Below are positions 58,696-64,000 of a stretch of DNA of 64,000 nucleotides, one piece after another (position 1 is the first letter of the stretch; every line of letters starts with the position of its first letter). The notes beneath the pieces are model-generated. The model saw nothing but the letters and a program-made list of their open reading frames with translations, was not told the DNA's origin and did not search any database. Where the stretch lies: positions 558,001 to 622,000 of the forward strand of contig OY759598.1 of the NCBI GenBank assembly GCA_963662435.1, in the 5' to 3' direction. Made by a program: the position numbers and the translations under genes. The stretch comes from Dehalococcoidia bacterium (GTDB lineage Bacteria; Chloroflexota; Dehalococcoidia; Lucifugimonadales; VXLM01).

Positions 58696-59601
58696 CTATG
58701 TGAAGAGGGAGACCATGACTGAATTCTGCGCGTGGAGCCGGTTCTCGGCCTGGTCGAAGACGACCGAACGATGATGGTCGATCATGCCCTCGGAAATCTC
58801 CGAGCCCTCATAGGCCGGCATATCGTGCATGAAGATGCTGTCCGGCTTGGAGAGGTCCATCAGCGCTGGATTGACCTGGTAGTTGGCGAAATCCCTGACT
58901 CGCTCGGCCTTTTCAGCCTCCTGGCCCATGCTGACCCACGTGTCGGTGTAGATCACGTCTGCACCAAGCGCGGCGTCTTCCGGCCGCACGACTCTGGTCA
59001 CCGATGATCCGCTCGCGTCTGCCCTCTCCCTTGCTTCGTCCCAGACTCCATCGGGAATGCAGTAGTCGTCCGGGCAGGCGATGACGAAGTCGGCCCCCAT
59101 GGAGGCGCAGCCCACGGCCAGGCTGGCCGCCACGTTGTTGCCGTCTCCGATGTAGGCCACGCGTAGCCCGCCGAACCCGCCCTTGTGCTGGATGATAGTC
59201 AGGAGGTCTGCCATCGCCTGGCACGGATGCTCCAGATCGGACAGCGCATTGATGACCGGAACGTTCATGAAGGACGCCATCGTCACAAGCGATTGATGCT
59301 CATTCACTCGGGCGACAACTCCGTCTACCCACCGGTCGAGAACACGCGCCACGTCTTCAACCGGCTCACGGACGCCGAGGTTCACGTCTTCCTTGGAGAG
59401 GTATATGCACTCTCCTCCAAGCTGTCGGATTCCCACCTCGAAGCTTACTCGAGTCCTGAGCGACGGCTTCTCGAAGAGCAGCGCGACGGTCTTGCCCTCA
59501 AGAGGGCGCGAGTTCGAGCGCTTCACGCTCTCCGCCTGCCCGACAATATCCGCCACTTTGGCAGAGGTCAGATCGGAAACGGTGAGAAAGTCCTTCTTCA
59601 T
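58696..59601 (-). CDS. argF: ornithine carbamoyltransferase
   Basis: FEKPSLRTRVSFE, HPCQ, GDGNNV, TDTWVSMG, DQAENRLH. Confidence 0.93.
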   Translation of the reverse strand: MKKDFLTVSDLTSAKVADIVGQAESVKRSNSRPLEGKTVALLFEKPSLRTRVSFEVGIRQLGGECIYLSKEDVNLGVREPVEDVARVLDRWVDGVVARVNEHQSLVTMASFMNVPVINALSDLEHPCQAMADLLTIIQHKGGFGGLRVAYIGDGNNVAASLAVGCASMGADFVIACPDDYCIPDGVWDEARERADASGSSVTRVVRPEDAALGADVIYTDTWVSMGQEAEKAERVRDFANYQVNPALMDLSKPDSIFMHDMPAYEGSEISEGMIDHHRSVVFDQAENRLHAQNSVMVSLFT

Positions 59602-60004
59602 TGCATTCTTGCCTGAACGTACACTTGAGTTACGTAAGAGTATAGCAGGGAGTCACGCCAAGGCCACGAATTCAAGGGGTGTCGATAAGACAGAGACGAC
59701 GATTGACCGGCGTGCGATACCTACTTATGATGCAACGAGACCGTCCGAGTTGTCAGCTTGAGTGCGAAAATGAAGACCCCGTACACCCTGAGCCTGTCGA
59801 AGGACCGAACCGCCACTCCTGCATCAGGCAATCACAAACGGTTTCGCCTCGCTAGTACTCAGTCAACTTGAACATGATGAACAGGTAGATGCCGCCTTAT
59901 CCCCAATCCCGTCGTGGGAGAGGGCCAGGGTGAGGGTGAATCGTAATATCAAAATCATGAGGACCCGGTACTAAACTTAAGGCTCGTATGGGGAATGCTC
60001 GATC

Positions 60005-60820
60005 ATGAGAAAGGAATTCAAATTGAGGCTAACCAAAGAACAGAGCAGGTTCTACGACACGTTTGGCTTCATAAAGTTCCCTGGACTCTTCAGTGACGAT
60101 GTCGACGACATCACGAACGCCTTTGAGGAAGTATTCCAAACGGTTTTCCGCGAAACGGGCAGGGAACACGATTATCAACAGCGGTCCTCGATCGCCCCAT
60201 TCGCCGACCTCAGCGAATACCTGTCTGGACTCCTCGACGACCCGCGCATGGACGGCATCGTTTCGTCGATTCTCGGTGATGACTATGGGTATTCGGGCAG
60301 CGACGGGAATTACTACGTTGGAGACACGAAATGGCACTCTGACCATTTGCCCACCGACCCGTACCACTCGCTGAAAGTCGCCTTCTATCTCGATCCCGTT
60401 CGCGCCGATTCAGGATGCCTCCGTGTCATCCCCGGAAGCTGTTATTGGGGTGACAAATTCACAAATGCGGTCAACGAGGTTGTGCCCGTATCAACAGCTA
60501 GCCGTCCGGAGCTCTGGGGACTTCATGGCAGCGAGGTACCCGGCTACGCCATCGAGTCCAACCCCGGCGATGTCCTCCTGTTCAACCACAAACTCAAGCA
60601 CAGCTCATGGGGCGGCGGAGACCTTCGGCGCATGTTCACCTACAACTTCGAGCAGCACTTCCCGGACGACCTGATGGGCTCGCTTCGCGGCATGTTGGTC
60701 TCCCATCGCGAGATTGGCAATTCCGCTCCATACGGGGAGGCGCTCATGCGCACTGCGGGACCCGAACGAATGAAGCACCTTCGCCAACGTCTCCAGGTCT
60801 GGGAAGAGCTTGCGACCTAG
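60005..60820 (+). CDS. phytanoyl-CoA dioxygenase (PhyH) family 2OG-Fe(II) enzyme
   Basis: FYDTFGF, WHSD (HxD), GCLRVIPGS, PGDVLLF...HSS. Confidence 0.85.
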   Translation: MRKEFKLRLTKEQSRFYDTFGFIKFPGLFSDDVDDITNAFEEVFQTVFRETGREHDYQQRSSIAPFADLSEYLSGLLDDPRMDGIVSSILGDDYGYSGSDGNYYVGDTKWHSDHLPTDPYHSLKVAFYLDPVRADSGCLRVIPGSCYWGDKFTNAVNEVVPVSTASRPELWGLHGSEVPGYAIESNPGDVLLFNHKLKHSSWGGGDLRRMFTYNFEQHFPDDLMGSLRGMLVSHREIGNSAPYGEALMRTAGPERMKHLRQRLQVWEELAT

Positions 60821-60893
60821 CGGGTGATCAGCCCCTGCGCCGCGACTACACAGGGGTGGCTTTCAAACCCGCCCCATCGTTGCGCAGTCCCGC

Positions 60894-63800
60894 TCACGCC
60901 TCCATGCGCGATATCGTCTGCAGATCGATCCGTCGCGTTGCCCGCAGCAGCGTCACGAACGAAACGGCGACGATCGCCATGATGCCAACGTAGATCGGCA
61001 CGAGGAAGCCCCAATCGGTGACAGAGGCGTATGGCGGCAGGACATCGTCGGAGGTGACGATTACCACGGAGGATACCGCCAGGTGGCTCATCTGGAACCC
61101 AGCCCAGGTGCCGAGCAGAACTCCAATGAGCAGAATCGTAATGTGCTCGAACGCCAGCAGACCGAGGAGTTGACCGTTTGAAAGACCCAGCGAGCGGAGG
61201 AAACCCGTTTCTCCCCTGCTGTGGTCGAGGAACGACAGCAGATACGTCGCATAGCCGATGGCGATGGTGACGAGGATGATGGCTACTGCGACGAACACCA
61301 TCGATGTCCACCCCGCGGTGGTGAGCGGATCGAGTCGCGCCGTCTCGACCTGTGAGAGCCGGTCGTAAATGGTCCCGGGTGAAAGTGAAAGGGAGTTAAC
61401 TCGCTCGATCACAAGCTCATGAGCGGCGGGAGATACCGAGAGAAAGAATTCGTTAGGCGCCAGCCTGTTGATCGGACTTATGATATTGGCGTGCATTAGC
61501 AGGGCATTCAGGTCGGCGAGAATGAACCCACGTTCTCCGGGACGCATCGTCGGGAAGTGGTCGACGAAAGATCGAACTACAGCGGGGACCGCCCTTCCTC
61601 CGGCGTTCATCAGAATGAGGTCCCCTAATTCTAAGCCGACGGCATCCTTGAATCCTGTGCTCACCACGACCGGGAGCTCTCCTCCGGTCGGGCTGAGATA
61701 TATGCCCCGCACACCGCGCTGTCCTTCCTGGCCGAAGAGGAACATGGCAGAACGGTCGCCGTCTCTCGCATCTCCACCATAGGAATAGATACGGTCCGGC
61801 GCAAACCCCGACGCGACGATGGGGGTCCAACGGAATAGCCCTTCAAAGTCCTCCAATGCGACCTGTTCCGCGGAATTTGCCGTCTCGACGTGGATGTTGT
61901 CGATGAGCAGCGAGCCGGGCGTGAGTGTGCCGACACGTGCCTCGTATAGCTGTACCGACACGAGGCTCAGCGGGTGCTGCAGCCTTACGGGAATCTGCCT
62001 GCTGAGAAGCCTCCACTGAGGTTCGGGCTCGTCCGGAATCACGATAGTTGTGTCGTCGGAGTCCGAAGATTGGTCCGGCGGAGCTTCCCATAGCTCGCCG
62101 AGCGAAAGGGTTGTCAGGTCTCCGTCCTCCTCCTGGAGAATCACCTGCAGCCAGAGTTGGTTGATGGGGCGCTCCAGTTTCGTCCAGATGCCGATGGACG
62201 TCGCGTCCTCGGGCAGGAGAATGCTCTCCGGCGGCGGATGCGCATTGAGAGACCGCATGATTTCTCCAAATGGCTGTTCCGAGAAGTCCTCACGGTACCA
62301 TGCCAGGAAGGGAAATTCGCGCGAGTCTACGGCAAACAGCTCCACGCCGTCCGGCCTGCTGAATCGCGGCTCACGGTATGCAGGAGAGACCGTCCGAACT
62401 CCCGGTATGTCTCGATACCGTTGGAGAAGACTATCAGTGGGAAACTGGGAAAGAAACACGTCGTCCCGGAGGGAGATTCGCACGTCCGCGCCAGCGTCGT
62501 ACTGGGCCTGGTCGGTCTGGCTGCGCTCCAGCGTGCCTCCAACGGTTGTCGCCAGAACGCCGACCCCCATCGTCATCACGAGCAGTAGTATGAGCCACGA
62601 GTACTGGAGCGGATTGCGTGAAATGTACCTCAGGCCAATCGAGACTGAAGCTGGAGTGATGCGTGCCGCAACCCTGAAGAATATGAACGAAAGTTGAGCC
62701 GGTACGATGGCCGCCAACAGAACGGTCGGTGCCGTCAGGACATCGGCGTTACGCAGGGGTTCCTCCACGAGGAACCAGTAGACGAGCCCGGCCTGGACGA
62801 GGTATCCCGCGATGCGGTATCGAAGAAGTTCCGACCGCGCCGTGAACAGGTATGCTCCAACCACTAGGGCCAGTATGACTATGGGCCCAATCCAGTCAGT
62901 CCCCAGCGGATCTGCCCGGATCTCCCGGTACAGGATGCCCACCGCTAGCGGAATGACCGAAAGAGCGAGAATCAGGTGCGACAACGCCGGAGACTCGCCT
63001 GCAACGAATCGCAGCAGGATGGGGAACACTCTGAGGAAGAGCAGCGCCACAACCAACAGGAATATCACCGGCGCCAATAGCAGCACTTCGTTCACGTCTA
63101 CGTTTTGGAAAAGGCCGCCGGAGAGTATCTTGCCCCTGTTGTACAACTCCCAGAATATGATGCCGCCGATGACGAGGAAGCCGATGTCCAGATTGTAACG
63201 ATGGACGAAGGGGAGGGCTGCTGGCCTCGCCGAACGCAGCTTGAGCATCAGTACGCCGCCCCGAGTCTCCACTGCCGAAGGTACGGCGTAGACGACGAGG
63301 CAGGCGAGACCCGTAACGGCAGCCACGATGAACGGCATGGGTCCTATCACCAAGGGGAGAAGCGCGCCATCCGTCATCTCGCGGAAGAAGGGCAGGGTAC
63401 CCGCCAGGGCCACGCCTGCAATGGCCAGGAAGGGTGCGATCACCACGGCAAGAATCGCCATTACCAGTCCTTCCAAGGCGTAGATGCGGAATATCCTCGA
63501 CGCAGTCACCCCCCGCGCTCTCAGCAGCGCGGTATCCGCCTGCCTGCTGCGCACAAGGTAGGAGACCATCATCACGAGGAAGAAGAGCACCGACGCCACC
63601 ATCAGCGTCTGCAACAGGAGCAGTGGTACCCTCGAGAAGAAGCTCCGCGTATTGAACCGTGCCAATAGCCGAAGAATGCCGGAAGACGCCTCTCCCGCTC
63701 CGGGTATTCTCAGGGCAAACTGCGTCTCGAAGTCACGGAAGTTCGTCCGTATCTGATCGGGCGTCAGCGACTTTATCGCCTCTTTATTGAAGCTAATAGT

Positions 63801-64000
63801 CCAGATGTTGACACTCAAAGTACCTGGGAAAGCCGCGTCCACCCTCTTGACGAGCGTCCCCATGTCAGCGAATAGCGGCACCGGGGGAATCTGGGGATCA
63901 TAGACTCCGTCGCCCTCGTCGTCGGGATCAGGCACCTCGGGAATGAAGTACAGGGCCGGCGTCGGGAGCCAGTAGTCCCCTTCGGGGTCGGTCGGCTCCA
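60894..64000 (-). CDS. large FtsX-like ABC transporter permease (5'-truncated by the window edge)
   Basis: ALLRARG and FLRSLGLS FtsX motifs, GADVRI, many TM segments; frame stays open to the window end. Confidence 0.8.
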   Translation of the reverse strand, partial: EPTDPEGDYWLPTPALYFIPEVPDPDDEGDGVYDPQIPPVPLFADMGTLVKRVDAAFPGTLSVNIWTISFNKEAIKSLTPDQIRTNFRDFETQFALRIPGAGEASSGILRLLARFNTRSFFSRVPLLLLQTLMVASVLFFLVMMVSYLVRSRQADTALLRARGVTASRIFRIYALEGLVMAILAVVIAPFLAIAGVALAGTLPFFREMTDGALLPLVIGPMPFIVAAVTGLACLVVYAVPSAVETRGGVLMLKLRSARPAALPFVHRYNLDIGFLVIGGIIFWELYNRGKILSGGLFQNVDVNEVLLLAPVIFLLVVALLFLRVFPILLRFVAGESPALSHLILALSVIPLAVGILYREIRADPLGTDWIGPIVILALVVGAYLFTARSELLRYRIAGYLVQAGLVYWFLVEEPLRNADVLTAPTVLLAAIVPAQLSFIFFRVAARITPASVSIGLRYISRNPLQYSWLILLLVMTMGVGVLATTVGGTLERSQTDQAQYDAGADVRISLRDDVFLSQFPTDSLLQRYRDIPGVRTVSPAYREPRFSRPDGVELFAVDSREFPFLAWYREDFSEQPFGEIMRSLNAHPPPESILLPEDATSIGIWTKLERPINQLWLQVILQEEDGDLTTLSLGELWEAPPDQSSDSDDTTIVIPDEPEPQWRLLSRQIPVRLQHPLSLVSVQLYEARVGTLTPGSLLIDNIHVETANSAEQVALEDFEGLFRWTPIVASGFAPDRIYSYGGDARDGDRSAMFLFGQEGQRGVRGIYLSPTGGELPVVVSTGFKDAVGLELGDLILMNAGGRAVPAVVRSFVDHFPTMRPGERGFILADLNALLMHANIISPINRLAPNEFFLSVSPAAHELVIERVNSLSLSPGTIYDRLSQVETARLDPLTTAGWTSMVFVAVAIILVTIAIGYATYLLSFLDHSRGETGFLRSLGLSNGQLLGLLAFEHITILLIGVLLGTWAGFQMSHLAVSSVVIVTSDDVLPPYASVTDWGFLVPIYVGIMAIVAVSFVTLLRATRRIDLQTISRMEA

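Overview
A GC-rich bacterial chromosome segment. It is probably Chloroflexota/Dehalococcoidia (SAR202-like); this is inferred from the GuaB3-type IMPDH, GAAC-N4-GTTC LexA boxes, paralog expansions and REP-rich spacers. Both flanks carry housekeeping genes (queG, prs, secA-ccmAB, metF, lhr, guaB3; polX, prmA, argF-der-plsY-gpsA), and the window has three type II toxin-antitoxin loci. The main finding is an accessory block downstream of tRNA-Asn (about 20.9-38.8 kb) that looks like a sterol-tailoring system. It comprises an MMPL/RND transporter translationally coupled to an ERG6/SMT1-type sterol C24-methyltransferase, a cytochrome P450 fused to a GPP34 (GOLPH3/Vps74-like) domain with a non-canonical I-helix, a Neverland/KshA-type Rieske oxygenase and a COG2907-like flavoprotein. 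These are followed by a LexA-boxed imuB-dnaE2 cassette and a mycobacterial-style lprG-p55 lipid export pair. No sterol ring-synthesis genes occur in the window, which suggests remodelling of external (host or dietary) sterols. Further right are an intact ISAs1-family IS with a 10-bp target duplication, a 111-bp MITE with a nested REP, three TIM-barrel paralogs that have lost canonical metal ligands, and two PHP hydrolase paralogs. All calls come from motif recognition by eye; no searches were run.
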